From a virus: a stretch of 64,000 nucleotides of DNA. This document shows positions 35,568 to 46,507 of this stretch, one piece after another. The notes beneath the pieces were generated by a model. The model was not told where the DNA came from and did no database searches. It was given only the letters and a program-made list of their open reading frames with translations. The position numbers and the translations under genes are program-made. Position 1 is the stretch's first letter, and every line of letters begins with the position of its first letter. The stretch covers positions 7,315 to 71,314 of the IMG/VR virus record IMGVR_UViG_3300036781_000119. One strand, given 5' to 3'.

Positions 35568-36628
35568 GTGGAGTATCCTTCGATGATGATGCGCCCAGGA
35601 CGGCCGGCGCCGCCCGCGAGCGCGCCCGTGTTCTCGTAGGCGATAGAGCCCGAGCCCCCGGAGCCCGCCCCGGTGGCCGCCACGCCCGCGCCGATATCAA
35701 CCGATGATCCGCCAGCGCCCCACATGCTGTCCGCCCCCTTGCCCGAGTAGCCGCCGACCGTGAGGCCAAGCACGACGCCCACCAGCCCGGCATTTCCGGG
35801 GGACAGCATCAGGACGGTAGCCCCCGAGGTCGTGGGCGCGCCGCCGCCACCGCCGGCCGCGCCGTTGCGCGGCGGGGCCGTCAGCAAGCCCACGCTGCCG
35901 CCTTGTCCGCCCAGGCATACAAGGTTGCTGCCGAAGCTCGTATTGCCGCCGTTGCCGCCCACAAGGCCGGTGGCCGGCGTGCCGGCCGCGCCGATGGTGA
36001 TGGTCGTGCCGTTGAAGTTGCCGACCAGGATGATTTCGCCGATCGAACCCGAGCCCGCACCGCCGCCCACCGCCACCTGCCCCGATCCGGTCACCGGGGT
36101 GCCGCCGCCCGCGCCGCCGCCGGCGATCCCACGGATGCGCAGCATGTTCACCCCGAAGGCTTGGGTGTAGGCGATTGAGCCGGGCGTGCCGAAGGATTGC
36201 ACGTCGATCAGCCGCCCCTGGGTCAGATTGAACCAGTTGGTGGGGGTGACATCAGGATCGGCCGCGTTGGCGTCCACCTTCGACAGCCACATGCGCCCGA
36301 GCACGCCGCTTTGCAGCAGCGCATATTGCGGATATCCGCCTATCGACGTGCTGAAGGTGCCATCGCGGAAGATCGGCCCGCCCGCCTTCTGCCACTGTGC
36401 CCATGCGGAAAGCTCATAGAGGATGCCGTTCACGTCCTGGCCGAATGGGGGCACGCCGCCGCCGGCCAGCGGGATCCAGTTGAGCGGCGGAAAACCCGTC
36501 TCCAGGCTGGCCGCGCCGTCGATGATCCCGACCTGAGACGCTTCAGGAATCGGCCGAATGTAGGTGCCCGGCGTGGCATTCTCGCCGAACTTGATGGGAA
36601 AGGATGCGGGGACGTCACCAGAGTCCAT
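35564..36628 (-). CDS. Tail fibre (baseplate-anchored, Gly-rich C-terminus)
   Basis: GAASLETGFPP...GGVPPFGQDVNGIL...IGGYP anchor domain; follows the DUF2612-like gene. Confidence 0.85.
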   Translation of the reverse strand: MDSGDVPASFPIKFGENATPGTYIRPIPEASQVGIIDGAASLETGFPPLNWIPLAGGGVPPFGQDVNGILYELSAWAQWQKAGGPIFRDGTFSTSIGGYPQYALLQSGVLGRMWLSKVDANAADPDVTPTNWFNLTQGRLIDVQSFGTPGSIAYTQAFGVNMLRIRGIAGGGAGGGTPVTGSGQVAVGGGAGSGSIGEIILVGNFNGTTITIGAAGTPATGLVGGNGGNTSFGSNLVCLGGQGGSVGLLTAPPRNGAAGGGGGAPTTSGATVLMLSPGNAGLVGVVLGLTVGGYSGKGADSMWGAGGSSVDIGAGVAATGAGSGGSGSIAYENTGALAGGAGRPGRIIIEGYST

Positions 36629-37197
36629 CAGATTATCTCCACAGTGGACGAGACGCCCGCCGGGCGAGGAAGCACGCCCGAGTTGACGACAATCGAAACT
36701 TCAACCGGGGTGAGGTCGAATTCGAAGTGATAGGTCATGGTCATGTCGTGATTGTCTTTGACGTAGCAGATGCCGCGATCTGGAAAGAGCGTGTTCAGGA
36801 CTGTATTTATGGCCGGCACCGAACAGTCGCAGATATTGGCCAGCGCCTTTGCTATGATCAGCACACGATAGCCGGAATCGGACAGCGCGTAGTTTGCCGT
36901 GGCGCTACCGCCGCCGAAGAATGGCGCCTGATTGAAGCCCATCAGCGACGGGTCGGCGGCTTCCTCGAAACCGAGATATTCGCCCGATGCGATCGACAGC
37001 ACCCGGCCGACGCCGACGATGCGGCCCCACACGTCGAGCCCGAACCCCTGCGCGGTCTGGAGGTTCATAACGAGGTCGAAGAATGCGTCGATGTTCACCT
37101 TGGGGTCGATGTGGTCATTCAGGTTGGCCACCAGCTGCCGCAGCGACGGGCTGTTGGCGTATTGGCTGATGACGGTCTGTTCCGGGTTCTGCATCAC
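36628..37197 (-). CDS. Baseplate protein (DUF2612-like)
   Basis: ISQYANSP...[16 protein letters not shown]. Confidence 0.9.
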   Translation of the reverse strand: MMQNPEQTVISQYANSPSLRQLVANLNDHIDPKVNIDAFFDLVMNLQTAQGFGLDVWGRIVGVGRVLSIASGEYLGFEEAADPSLMGFNQAPFFGGGSATANYALSDSGYRVLIIAKALANICDCSVPAINTVLNTLFPDRGICYVKDNHDMTMTYHFEFDLTPVEVSIVVNSGVLPRPAGVSSTVEII

Positions 37198-38618
37198 TCA
37201 ATCACCAGCGACACGTCGAGCGGCGAGACGGTCGGCACCTGATCAATGCGGGTCACCACCACGTCGAGCGACGTATAGGCGGTGATGGCTGTGCTGCCCG
37301 CCGTCTGGCTGGGCTGGATCGTGTAGGTGCCGATGCCCCCAACCGTGCCGCCGGTCTGAAGGGTGATGATGGTGCCCGGCAGAATTCCCGTGCCGCTGAT
37401 AGGCTGCCCCGGGGCCAGCGCACCCGACGACACCGCGCTCACGGTCAGCACCGTGCCAGATATGGAGCCGGTGACCACCGCATTGACCGAATTGCCGCTC
37501 AGGTGGACCGACAAAATCTGCGCCCAGGGACCAAGCGCCAGGATGGGGGCGTAGAAGCGCGAGGCATAGATCGGGAAGCCGATTTGCGCACGCGGGCCGC
37601 CGTCGCCGCCGGCAAAGGCATTGACGATCGCCGCCTGGATCAGCGCCGCCGCATTCGACGGGATGCCGGCATTGTTGCGCAGCCGCACGACAAAGCGCAC
37701 CGTCAGCGGCGTGGGCCGCGTGAAGGTCACGCTGTAGGGCACGCCCGGCAGCGGGTAGCTCGGGCTGGTATCGTAGACCGTAACCGTCGTGTTGCCCTGG
37801 TAGGCGGAGCCGGGGGGCTTCTTGCGCCAGATCGCCGATGCCACATCGAAATCGGTGCCGCCGGACGCCGCCACGAAGATGCTCTTGGGGTCGAGGGTGA
37901 CGCCGCCGGTCACCAGCGGCGAGGCCGTGGGGTTCTCGGTGGTGTAGGCGTCGAGCACGTTGTCTACGGCCAGCACTTCACCTTGGATCGCGCCGAGTAT
38001 GCCCACCGCGTTTTTCGCCACCGATAGGGTGCGGCGGTTTTCGAAGTCGTTCCGGTTCTCCACGACATTGCCCAGCACGCCGTCGAGCGGGTTGGTGATC
38101 GTGTCCCACCCGGCCTGCTGCTGATAGATGCGGGTCAGGGAGCCGGCCGGGCAGGCGATCGGCCCGGTTTCCGTGCACGCGAAATCGAGCGTGATGGTGC
38201 CGGCGCCGCCGATCGTGCCGCCATTGGTCGCCGCGAACAGATCGCCCTGGGTGGACTGCGCCAGCGCACCGGGCGCGATGATGGTCCCGTTCAGCCCGCT
38301 GCACAGCCCCTGCACGACGGTGGGCTCGGCCGGGTTGCGGTAGATGAAGTAGATTTCTGCCAGCGCGTCCTGGTAGCGGCCCTCACTCGTGGCCGGATCG
38401 AACATATTGGTCAGGTAGACAAACTGGTCATTCTTGCGGCCGATGATCACCGCTTCGCTGGTGGCCAGCTGGCCCTGGGGCGTGTCCAGCGCGGGGTTCA
38501 TATCCCCGCCCATGGCTGCATTCCAATCCGCCTGCACGCCCGCGAGGATTTCCGGTTCGCTGGGTGCCACGAAGCCCAGGGGGCCAAACTGCGGCTCGGG
38601 AACGCTGCTGCCGCTCAT
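37194..38618 (-). CDS. Baseplate J-like wedge protein
   Basis: [41 protein letters not shown]. Confidence 0.9.
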   Translation of the reverse strand: MSGSSVPEPQFGPLGFVAPSEPEILAGVQADWNAAMGGDMNPALDTPQGQLATSEAVIIGRKNDQFVYLTNMFDPATSEGRYQDALAEIYFIYRNPAEPTVVQGLCSGLNGTIIAPGALAQSTQGDLFAATNGGTIGGAGTITLDFACTETGPIACPAGSLTRIYQQQAGWDTITNPLDGVLGNVVENRNDFENRRTLSVAKNAVGILGAIQGEVLAVDNVLDAYTTENPTASPLVTGGVTLDPKSIFVAASGGTDFDVASAIWRKKPPGSAYQGNTTVTVYDTSPSYPLPGVPYSVTFTRPTPLTVRFVVRLRNNAGIPSNAAALIQAAIVNAFAGGDGGPRAQIGFPIYASRFYAPILALGPWAQILSVHLSGNSVNAVVTGSISGTVLTVSAVSSGALAPGQPISGTGILPGTIITLQTGGTVGGIGTYTIQPSQTAGSTAITAYTSLDVVVTRIDQVPTVSPLDVSLVIE

Positions 38619-38648
38619 GCACGCCTCCTGGTGGTGTCGTCGTCCCGG

Positions 38649-39026
38649 CTAGATTACGCCCACCCCTGCCGCCGCTCCAAACCCCGCGATCAGACGGGCG
38701 CCGTCCTGGGTGATCACCTGCACCTGTCCCGATAGCGCCCGGCCGTCCAGCGAATCAAGGAAACACTGCGCAGCCACCACGGTGGGCACGCGCTGCGCGG
38801 CGGAAATGAACTGAGCCTTGACGTATTGCATGGTCGTCTGCTGGCCCAGGATGCCTTCCCAGTAGGGCACGCCCGGCGCGGTATCGAACCACAACTCCCC
38901 TTTGAACAGGCGGATGGCCGAGGCCACGTCCTGCGCCACCTGATAGGGCGCTTCGGCGATCGCGAGGTTGCCCGATGCGTCCAGGCAGATGTCCCACTTG
39001 TCGCGGGTCAGCAGCAGCGTTTTCAT
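38649..39026 (-). CDS. Baseplate wedge/sheath initiator (gp25-like)
   Basis: WDICLDASGNLA...AQDVASAIRLFKGELWFDT..GVPY. Confidence 0.85.
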   Translation of the reverse strand: MKTLLLTRDKWDICLDASGNLAIAEAPYQVAQDVASAIRLFKGELWFDTAPGVPYWEGILGQQTTMQYVKAQFISAAQRVPTVVAAQCFLDSLDGRALSGQVQVITQDGARLIAGFGAAAGVGVI

Positions 39027-39667
39027 CAGGTGCCTCCGGTCGGCGGGTTGACGGGCACCTCGGCGTCGCCGTGGCCATCGTTGCCCTGGGTATGCGTGTG
39101 GGTGGCCACGCCCACCTGTCCGCCGGTGCCATAGCGCGCATAGATGTCGCCGGTCACCCGCATTTCGCCCGTGAGCTCGGCCACCGGCGCCTCGATGCGC
39201 ACCTTGGTGGGGCTGTGCAGCACGATGCCGCCGGGGGTGAAGTGGACATACTGCGTCGGGGCGCCACCCTGCCACACGCCGAAATAGATGGCGTCCTGCA
39301 TGTCGTTCCTGCGCCGCGTGCCGGGGTTCGCCTGCTCGCCGCCAGCGGCCTTCACCGCCGATATGTCGCGATCGCAGAACACCAGCAGCCCCTTGTCGCC
39401 CACCTGGGGGTCGATGATCACCGCGTTGGCGCCGCCCTGGAGCCGGAAATACGGCACGTCCTGGATCTCGCCATGGGGCACGGCCGTGCCGGTGGCGTCC
39501 AGCTGGTTGACGGTCGGGTGCACGGCCACCCTGCCCACGGGGCCGACGCCGCCGCCGGCCACCTTGGTGACGACGCACAGGGTGGCAGAGTTCGCCCGCG
39601 CCAGCACTTCCTGCATGGCCGCCTGCTGGTCGGCCCAGGCGTCCATCTGCTCGCCGAAGGCTGGCAT
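39026..39667 (-). CDS. Baseplate spike (Gp138-like)
   Basis: VPYFRLQGG...IDPQVGDKGL.VFCDRDIS; HTH Fe-binding tip (THTHTQ). Confidence 0.88.
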   Translation of the reverse strand: MPAFGEQMDAWADQQAAMQEVLARANSATLCVVTKVAGGGVGPVGRVAVHPTVNQLDATGTAVPHGEIQDVPYFRLQGGANAVIIDPQVGDKGLLVFCDRDISAVKAAGGEQANPGTRRRNDMQDAIYFGVWQGGAPTQYVHFTPGGIVLHSPTKVRIEAPVAELTGEMRVTGDIYARYGTGGQVGVATHTHTQGNDGHGDAEVPVNPPTGGT

Positions 39668-40569
39668 CAGTTGCGATCCATCACGGAGACTGTGCCCATG
39701 CGGTAAGCCTCGCATTCGGTGAACCACGCACCGTTCGGCTTCTCCGATTCCAGAACGTGCACCACCTTGCGCACCACCCATTCGCCCTGCGCCGGCTGAA
39801 GGTCGGTTTCGACGTTCACCTTGCCCGCGTAGACGATCGACGGGTTGTATTGCATCTTCAAGGCGCACCCCTGCTGGGTGAAGGCGGGATAGGCCAGCAT
39901 GCCCGTGGCGCGGGATATGACCGGGATTTTGGTGTTGCGCGCGCCGCCCTTGGGGAAGATGACCAGGGTGTTTTCGCTCTCCAGCACCTGCCCGTCGATG
40001 TTGGCGTGCTGGATCACCGCCTTGATCTGTTCAAGCAGGGAGCCGGGGAAGTAGCTGGTGGGCAGCATCACGCCCTGCACGCCGTTGTTCTCGAATGCCA
40101 GTCCAGCCTGCTTGGCCAGCCCCGCCAGGATCGTCACCACGTCGATGGGGCCGATATAGCTCAGCGGGATAGACGCAATCCCCGCAAGGTCCACCCCTGA
40201 CCATGCGACGATCGTCACGCCCACGTCGGGCATGGCGTCAGTCTCCACCCACGCCTCGCCCAGCGTGCCCTGAAACACCAGCCCCATGCCGCTGGCATCG
40301 TCGCCTGCCTCGACCCTGATCTTGTCCCGGCGCACGCGCAGGTCCATTAGGCCGATTGTGGATAGCCGGTTCACTAGCGACATGCTCAGCCCGTAAACCC
40401 GCACTTGCGCGCCCGGCATCATGTTCCACCCTTGCACCTGGATGGCCGCAGTGACGCGCAAATCCTCTACGGTCACCGTCTCGTATTCCTTCGGCGGCAA
40501 CTCGGTATCAGGCCCCTTGGCGAATAGGAACGTCAGGGTGATCCGCTTGCGGGTATAGGTGGCGGTCAT
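39667..40569 (-). CDS. Baseplate hub
   Basis: AQVRVYGL, FENNGV and ISRATGMLAYP motifs; position after the tape measure gene. Confidence 0.85.
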   Translation of the reverse strand: MTATYTRKRITLTFLFAKGPDTELPPKEYETVTVEDLRVTAAIQVQGWNMMPGAQVRVYGLSMSLVNRLSTIGLMDLRVRRDKIRVEAGDDASGMGLVFQGTLGEAWVETDAMPDVGVTIVAWSGVDLAGIASIPLSYIGPIDVVTILAGLAKQAGLAFENNGVQGVMLPTSYFPGSLLEQIKAVIQHANIDGQVLESENTLVIFPKGGARNTKIPVISRATGMLAYPAFTQQGCALKMQYNPSIVYAGKVNVETDLQPAQGEWVVRKVVHVLESEKPNGAWFTECEAYRMGTVSVMDRN

Positions 40570-42407
40570 CGGGCACCATAGCTGTTATTCGCCACCTGGG
40601 GCGAGGCGCCGCCCATGGTCCGCTTTACCTCCTGCGCAACCTCAATCGGGCTGCTGGCGCGGGTGTTCACCGTGATGCTGCCCACATTGGTGGTCTGGCT
40701 GGAGTTGTTGTTGGCGACGTTGCCCAAGGGGCCGCTGCCCATCAGCGCGGGATCAATCGGCGGAGGCATCGGGCGCGGCGAAGCGAAGCGGCGCAGGTAG
40801 TTTTCCGATGCTGGCGAATTCAACCGCTTCGCGCGATCTTCGGCGCCCGGGATGCCGAATTCATCCAGCACCACGTTGCCCGCCTGGGTCGCCGTGCGGG
40901 CGTTGCGCAGGCTTTGTCCCGCGCCCGCATGGGTGTTGTTGAGCTCCCATTGCATGAAGGCAAGCTGCTCGCGAAACAGCTGATCCTCGGGGATGGTGGG
41001 ATCGTCCTGCTTGTGCCCATACATGCTGACGAATTTCCTGATGCGCGGCCCGCGCCACTGCCCCATGCCGCGCGCGCCGTCGCCGCCGCCAGCCGGGTTG
41101 TAGGTGCGCGGCCGAAACCCGCTTTCCTCCTTCAGATAGGTCAGGATGCCGGCGGTCTGTTCTTCGCTCCAGCCCTGCGATCGGAAATAGTCGTGCGCAG
41201 TCCGCTCGCGGTCGGTGACGGGGCCTGTCGGCAGGGATGCACCCGATGGCATGGCGCTGCCCGCAGGCCCTCCCGGGGCGCCTGCCCTGGGTGGCGCGGG
41301 AGATCCCGTGATCCAGCCCCAAAACCGCTTCAGCTTGCCCAGGGGGTCGGTGCGGGTTTCCTCCAGCCCTTCGCCCAGCGCCGAGCCCACGCTGGCGGCG
41401 CCTCCCGTGATCGCTTCCTTGATCGCGTCCCGGTTGGCGCGCAGCCATTGCGCCGGGGAGAAGTTCACCACCTCGCGCAGCCACGCCAGAAACTTGGTGA
41501 GCTCGCCCTTGCTGGCGGTCAGCAGCAGCATCGACTCGTCAAGCTCTTTGATCATCTTGGTGACCTGGGGGGCAATCAGCGCGAGCCCTTCGCGCGCTGC
41601 CGATTCCGCCGTGGTCTGCAAGCCGATCAGCGCGCTGTTCAAGTTCTGGAATGTCTTGGCCTGATCCTCGGTCACCGTGCCGCGCGAGGTCTGCGCGGAT
41701 AGCGCCGACCGCACCGCATCCGGGCCTTGCAACAGCAGGTTGCGCATGCCCGGCGGCAGCTGGCCGAGCTCCGCCATGCGCAGGTTGGCCTGGGCCGGGC
41801 TCATGCCCTGCATGACGGTGGCGGCTTCGATCATCACCTCGGTGAAGGTCTTGAAGCCGCCGGTGGATTTTTGCAGGCCGATGTTCAGGCTGGCGAAAAA
41901 CGGGGTGATGCTCGACTGCATCCCCATCTTCATCCGCTCGAATTCCATCGACAGCCGCTCGATCGTGCCGACCGCTTCCTCTCCCGTGCCGCCGCCGAAC
42001 TGCTTGACGGCGCCGGCCCATGCGGAGAGCTCAGCCGTGGTGACGCCGATTCCGCGCGCGAGGTAGCCGGTAGCAGCTGCCGCCGCCATGGTCTGTCCAG
42101 CGAAAGCCTGGAGCCCGCGCCCAGCCAGAAGCACCGCGAACAGCCCCACCGCCTGATTGCGGATTGACGAGAAGAACGTCCCCGCCTGCTTGCCGCGCGA
42201 CTCCAGTTCTATCGCCGTTTCGCGCGCGTCGTTGCGGGTGTCGCGCTGATAGTTCCGGCCAACCTTGCCCGCCTCGTCCACCCGCTTCATGCCAAGGGTG
42301 GCTTCGCCGCTGATGTTCTTCAGGGCGGCCTTGGCCATTTCCAGGCCCTTGGTGAACCCGTCCGTGTTCAGCGCAAGGTTGACGACGAGAGTGTCAATGG
42401 TGGCCAT
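40566..42407 (-). CDS. Tape measure protein with C-terminal tail lysozyme domain
   Basis: MATIDTLVVNLALN; YFRSQGWSEEQTAGI...EESG...GMGQW. Confidence 0.88.
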   Translation of the reverse strand: MATIDTLVVNLALNTDGFTKGLEMAKAALKNISGEATLGMKRVDEAGKVGRNYQRDTRNDARETAIELESRGKQAGTFFSSIRNQAVGLFAVLLAGRGLQAFAGQTMAAAAATGYLARGIGVTTAELSAWAGAVKQFGGGTGEEAVGTIERLSMEFERMKMGMQSSITPFFASLNIGLQKSTGGFKTFTEVMIEAATVMQGMSPAQANLRMAELGQLPPGMRNLLLQGPDAVRSALSAQTSRGTVTEDQAKTFQNLNSALIGLQTTAESAAREGLALIAPQVTKMIKELDESMLLLTASKGELTKFLAWLREVVNFSPAQWLRANRDAIKEAITGGAASVGSALGEGLEETRTDPLGKLKRFWGWITGSPAPPRAGAPGGPAGSAMPSGASLPTGPVTDRERTAHDYFRSQGWSEEQTAGILTYLKEESGFRPRTYNPAGGGDGARGMGQWRGPRIRKFVSMYGHKQDDPTIPEDQLFREQLAFMQWELNNTHAGAGQSLRNARTATQAGNVVLDEFGIPGAEDRAKRLNSPASENYLRRFASPRPMPPPIDPALMGSGPLGNVANNNSSQTTNVGSITVNTRASSPIEVAQEVKRTMGGASPQVANNSYGAR

Positions 42408-42637
42408 CAGCCGTTCCTCCGCTCATTTGCTCGGCGCTGGTTTTCGGCATTCACCGCCGCGATTTCCACCAGCATGTAGAGGTCGCGCGCGCCAAGCACG
42501 GTGGACAGATCGACCAGCGATGTGCCCCCATTTATGGCGACGTGGATGGCGCGGGGGACATTGGCGCACCAAGCCCATTCGACGCGATCACCGCCGCCGC
42601 CGCCAAAGCTGAGAGGGCGACGGCTATCGAAAAACCC
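42407..42637 (-). CDS. -1 frameshift extension of the tail assembly chaperone
   Basis: Slippery G GGT TTT at 42637-42631; the -1 frame stays open to 42407 and its stop overlaps the tape measure ATG. Confidence 0.75.
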   Translation of the reverse strand, partial: GFFDSRRPLSFGGGGGDRVEWAWCANVPRAIHVAINGGTSLVDLSTVLGARDLYMLVEIAAVNAENQRRANERRNG

Positions 42638-43011
42638 AGGTGGAGCTCCATCACCGCCTTCCGCAGTTCGATTCGGGTGCGGACTTCCTCGATATCGCTT
42701 TCGATCAGCGGCCTTGGGTGCGGCCGGGCAGGATCGGGAATCACCTGCACGCATGCCATCATGTCCGCCAGCAGCGGCCGGGCGATGTCGATGGGGATAG
42801 AACCCAGCGTCTTCACGCCAAGAGCGGCGATGCCGGCAAGCCCGTTTTCGTCCATGCCGACTGGGATTTCTACGCCCGATGCCGACAGCGCGGCGAAGGC
42901 GCGATAGGCCCAGTCCTCCGCAGCGGTAGCTGCCATTTCGGTCAGAAAGAACTGCTTGCCCTCGTCTCGCCCGGGCGATTTGACGGTATAGGTTTCGGTG
43001 CGGCGCGCCAT
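42532..43011 (-). CDS. Tail assembly chaperone
   Basis: GRDEGKQFFLTEM...DIEEVRTRIELRK; directly upstream of the tape measure gene. Confidence 0.85.
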   Translation of the reverse strand: MARRTETYTVKSPGRDEGKQFFLTEMAATAAEDWAYRAFAALSASGVEIPVGMDENGLAGIAALGVKTLGSIPIDIARPLLADMMACVQVIPDPARPHPRPLIESDIEEVRTRIELRKAVMELHLGFSIAVALSALAAAAVIASNGLGAPMSPAPSTSP

Positions 43012-43023
43012 GCGTGGGTGTCC

Positions 43024-43326
43024 TTACGGTGGGTCGGTAGCCTCCAGATACACCAGAAGCCATCGGCTGTTCAGCCCGGTGTAATAGGGGTCGTCGGTGC
43101 CCTGGGTGTCGATGAACATCAGATTGCCCCGGAAGGGCAGGTAGCGGCCGCGCACGAGCCGGTTGCGGTCCTGGCAAATCTGGCCGCCGACAATCAGCGC
43201 GTCATCCACGTAGAGGTTCAGGAACATGCCGGTGGACTTCTGGCCGATGTCGATGCGGCACCCCTGCTGGTCGAGCACCACGCGGAAGGTCTGGCTGGGG
43301 AACGCCTGGGTGGGGATGATCAGCAT
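43024..43326 (-). CDS. Small baseplate protein
   Basis: PSQTFRVVLDQQ...YLPFRGNLMFIDTQGTDDP. Confidence 0.8.
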   Translation of the reverse strand: MLIIPTQAFPSQTFRVVLDQQGCRIDIGQKSTGMFLNLYVDDALIVGGQICQDRNRLVRGRYLPFRGNLMFIDTQGTDDPYYTGLNSRWLLVYLEATDPP

Positions 43327-44042
43327 CAGCCCTGCCCCACACCCGATGGCGCTGCCGCAGCCTGCTGCACGGCCGTGCTCGCCGGCGTCGCCTGCACCTG
43401 CCCGCCGTCTACCGTGCCCGCCGCGCCGGGCGCCTTCACGTCGGTATATTTGGCGCTGATCGTCTCGCGCACTTCCTCCATCCAGACATCGACCATCAGC
43501 AGCGTGGCGCCGTGCGCGCCCGATCGGTCATAGTCGAAATGCACGATGTTGCCGTTGGGGTAAGACGCCTCCGGGGTCAGCAGCGTGAACAGGTCCAGGG
43601 ACGCCGCCGCAGCCTTCACCGACGCGAGGAAGGCCGTCCGCTTGCCGGCTTGCGTCATGCCCACCAGGGAGCCCAGGAAGCCCAGGCTGCCCACGCCCGG
43701 GATCACGTCTCCCTCCGTCGCCAGCGTCACCTTGGCCGACCACGGCACCTGGACCTTGTTGTAGGATTCGAAGCTGCCGCGCTCCACGGGGTAATCGCTG
43801 ATGCGATAATCCTGCTTGAACTCGACGCGCATCACATTGGAGCCGGGGAAGGGGTTCTGCCCGCCCTCGTCAACGATGCCCCACTCGGAAGGCAGGAACA
43901 GCCGCAGCACCTGGATGCCATCGGCGACCAGGAGATTGATGGAGCCCAACGACGAAAACGCCCCGGCGCGCTTGACTGGCGGCACGCCGGGGTCGTCGGG
44001 AACGTCGGGGAACTCGGGGACGGGCGTATCAGGCAACGCCAT
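43326..44042 (-). CDS. Baseplate/tube initiator (Dit-like)
   Basis: ISDYPVERGSFESYNKV. Confidence 0.8.
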   Translation of the reverse strand: MALPDTPVPEFPDVPDDPGVPPVKRAGAFSSLGSINLLVADGIQVLRLFLPSEWGIVDEGGQNPFPGSNVMRVEFKQDYRISDYPVERGSFESYNKVQVPWSAKVTLATEGDVIPGVGSLGFLGSLVGMTQAGKRTAFLASVKAAAASLDLFTLLTPEASYPNGNIVHFDYDRSGAHGATLLMVDVWMEEVRETISAKYTDVKAPGAAGTVDGGQVQATPASTAVQQAAAAPSGVGQG

Positions 44043-44051
44043 CGGGCTGCC

Positions 44052-44483
44052 TTACAGGCGGGCGGGAAGCACGCGCTCCCAGGTGATTTCGAACCGGCGC
44101 GGCTGGAGGATCTTCTTCACGTCCGGCATGGGCGGGTAGCTGGTCAGGAAGCCCCGGATCAGCGCAATGGTCGTTCCCACCGCCGGCAGGATGATGTTGC
44201 CGAAGGCCGGGTAAGCCTCGCGCTGCGCCTCCTGGGTCTGCACCCATTCATCGAACAGGAAGTTGGATTCGCTGTCCGCCTGGAGGGTGTAGGTCTGCAC
44301 CTTCTCTGTCGCCACCCAGCCGCCCGACAGGCGCCCGTCAACGCCCATGCGCGTCTCGACGGACTTCACCGCCGCCGTGGCCAGCACGTCGTCTACGTCG
44401 AAGCCGTGCAGCTGGACGGGCACGTTGAAGATGCCCACCACGCCCAGGGTGATGACCGAATTCGCGCCGGTGAGAGTTGCCAT
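44052..44483 (-). CDS. Tail tube protein
   Basis: TLTGANS...MGVDGRLSGG...LQADSES; follows the sheath gene. Confidence 0.85.
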   Translation of the reverse strand: MATLTGANSVITLGVVGIFNVPVQLHGFDVDDVLATAAVKSVETRMGVDGRLSGGWVATEKVQTYTLQADSESNFLFDEWVQTQEAQREAYPAFGNIILPAVGTTIALIRGFLTSYPPMPDVKKILQPRRFEITWERVLPARL

Positions 44484-44495
44484 TTTGCGCGCTCC

Positions 44496-46445
44496 TTACT
44501 GGACGTTGATCGACGTGAGGTCGATCTTCTGCACGCTTTGCCCATCGGTATACCAGAGGGTGCTTGGCGGCGATTCGCGCGCCGCGCGCACCTGGGCGGT
44601 GGCGTCCTTGATCTGGAGCACCCAGCCGACCGTGGACAGCGTGCTGCTGATCTTCACGCCGGCCGCGTTGTTCACCTGCTGGGCCTGTAGCTCGGACAGC
44701 GGCACGCCAGCCCGGATCACCCCGTTGTTCAGGCCGGCGGTGATCGGGTCCATGCAGGCCGCCCGGATCAGCCCATAGCCGTCCTGATTGTAGGGGATGG
44801 ATTTCGTGCCGGTCAGAAGCACCATCAGCGCCAGCTGCAAGGCGTTGTTCAGCCAGATTTGGTTGATGAAGCTGTCGGCCCACTTGAACGAACCGCTGAT
44901 GCTGCCTGGATACATGAACTGGAAGCGGTCGTTGGCCGTGGCCGACGCGCCGTAATAATTGTAGCCGTTGGCGATGAGGTTCTGTGCCTTCTGAAGATCG
45001 GTCACCGCCGGGGTCAGGCCCGACAGCCCCTTGAAGGCGAGGGTGGCGCGGCCGTTCGTCTCGGCGAAATCGACGCTGGCGGCCCAGCCCATGATCATGG
45101 CGTCGTGGTAGAGCGGCGCGCTTGCCGCCGGCTGCCAGTCCAGGATCGTGCCATCGTAGCCGGCCGCGACCAGGGCGTAGCCGTAGCTGCTGGTGGCCGG
45201 CACGGTGACGGTGGGGGCCGCGTCGTTGTCATCCACCGGCACGTAGGCGAACCGCTTATTGCGACCGTTCGTCCACGCGCTGAAGGCCAGCTTCACGCTG
45301 AAGCCGCTGGCATCGGGATCGGTGACGTTGCCGAACAGCGCCCAGTTCTGCGTCGTGTTGGCGACGGCGTTCATCATGCCGGCGGGCGTGTTGGCCGCCG
45401 CGCCCTGGCTCAGCACCGCCCCGGTGGCTTCGGTGAGCCCGAGCGCGGCGGCAGCGGTGTTGCTGGCGAAGGTGATCGTGGAGGCGGGTCCGGTCGTGTC
45501 GGAAATCACCACCAGCCCGCCAGTGATCGAATCGTAGGTGACCACCGGGATGGAGGCGGTCAGCGTGGTGGACGCGGCGGCGGCGTTGCTGCCGACGATG
45601 TAATTGCCGATGCCGCCCGCCGTGCCGCTGGCCTGCGACGCGATGAAGGTATTGGCCGGAATGCTGGTGCCGTCGATCGCCTGACCGACCGCGAGCGTGC
45701 CGCTGGTGATGGCGGTGACCTTCAGGATGTTGCCCGCGACCGTCATGGCGACGCTCGAGAGGGTCTGCGAAATGCTGACCGCATAGGTGCCGATGCCGCC
45801 GGTCGTGCCCGTCAGCTGGCTGGTGATCCGCGTGTTCGCGGTGACGCCGACGCCGGTGATGACGCCTGGGCCGACCACGCCGTAGGCAACCGCCGTCACC
45901 GTCAGCACGGTGCCTGCAAGCGAGCCGGTGAAGCTGGCGCCCTGGGTGCCCGTCACAACCGCCTGGACCGGCCCCAGCAGGCCCAGGGCCGTGCTGATGA
46001 ACTGCGCCATGCTGGACAGCGAGGTCGAATCGGTGAAGTCGATGCCGGCGGTGGTCGTGGTCGTGCCGTTGACGGTGACGGTCAGTTCCGAACCGGCCAG
46101 CGCCTGGATTTCGGCCACGGTCAGGCTGGAGATATCGCCGCCGCGCAGGTAGGCGCCCACCGCCGCCTGATTGAACTGGGCGAACAGGAGATTGCCCGGG
46201 CGCTTATTGCTGTTGGTGAAGCCGCTGAAGTAGACCAGCGCCTTCGCGTATTCCACCGAGGTTGGGCCGAAATAGTCGGCGACGGCATCCGCATCGGCGA
46301 AGCCGGGGACGGCGCCGAGCGGCACGCGGGTGTTCTCCGTCAGAAACAGCCCGTTGAGCGTCAGCTGGCTGCCGCCGCCCGACAGCACGTTGGGCGTGAC
46401 GTTGACGATCTGAGAAGCCGGGATCGAATTGATGGTGGCGCTCAT
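44496..46445 (-). CDS. Tail sheath (DUF3383-like) with inserted beta domains
   Basis: IPASQIVNVTPNVL, NGYNYYG, WADSFINQIWLN, SIPYNQDG, WYTDGQSVQ. Confidence 0.92.
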   Translation of the reverse strand: MSATINSIPASQIVNVTPNVLSGGGSQLTLNGLFLTENTRVPLGAVPGFADADAVADYFGPTSVEYAKALVYFSGFTNSNKRPGNLLFAQFNQAAVGAYLRGGDISSLTVAEIQALAGSELTVTVNGTTTTTAGIDFTDSTSLSSMAQFISTALGLLGPVQAVVTGTQGASFTGSLAGTVLTVTAVAYGVVGPGVITGVGVTANTRITSQLTGTTGGIGTYAVSISQTLSSVAMTVAGNILKVTAITSGTLAVGQAIDGTSIPANTFIASQASGTAGGIGNYIVGSNAAAASTTLTASIPVVTYDSITGGLVVISDTTGPASTITFASNTAAAALGLTEATGAVLSQGAAANTPAGMMNAVANTTQNWALFGNVTDPDASGFSVKLAFSAWTNGRNKRFAYVPVDDNDAAPTVTVPATSSYGYALVAAGYDGTILDWQPAASAPLYHDAMIMGWAASVDFAETNGRATLAFKGLSGLTPAVTDLQKAQNLIANGYNYYGASATANDRFQFMYPGSISGSFKWADSFINQIWLNNALQLALMVLLTGTKSIPYNQDGYGLIRAACMDPITAGLNNGVIRAGVPLSELQAQQVNNAAGVKISSTLSTVGWVLQIKDATAQVRAARESPPSTLWYTDGQSVQKIDLTSINVQ

Positions 46446-46507
46446 GGTGCGGCTCCTGGGAGGTGCGATCGGTTATAGTCAGAAATCCGCAGCCCGCGAA
46501 ATGTCCA

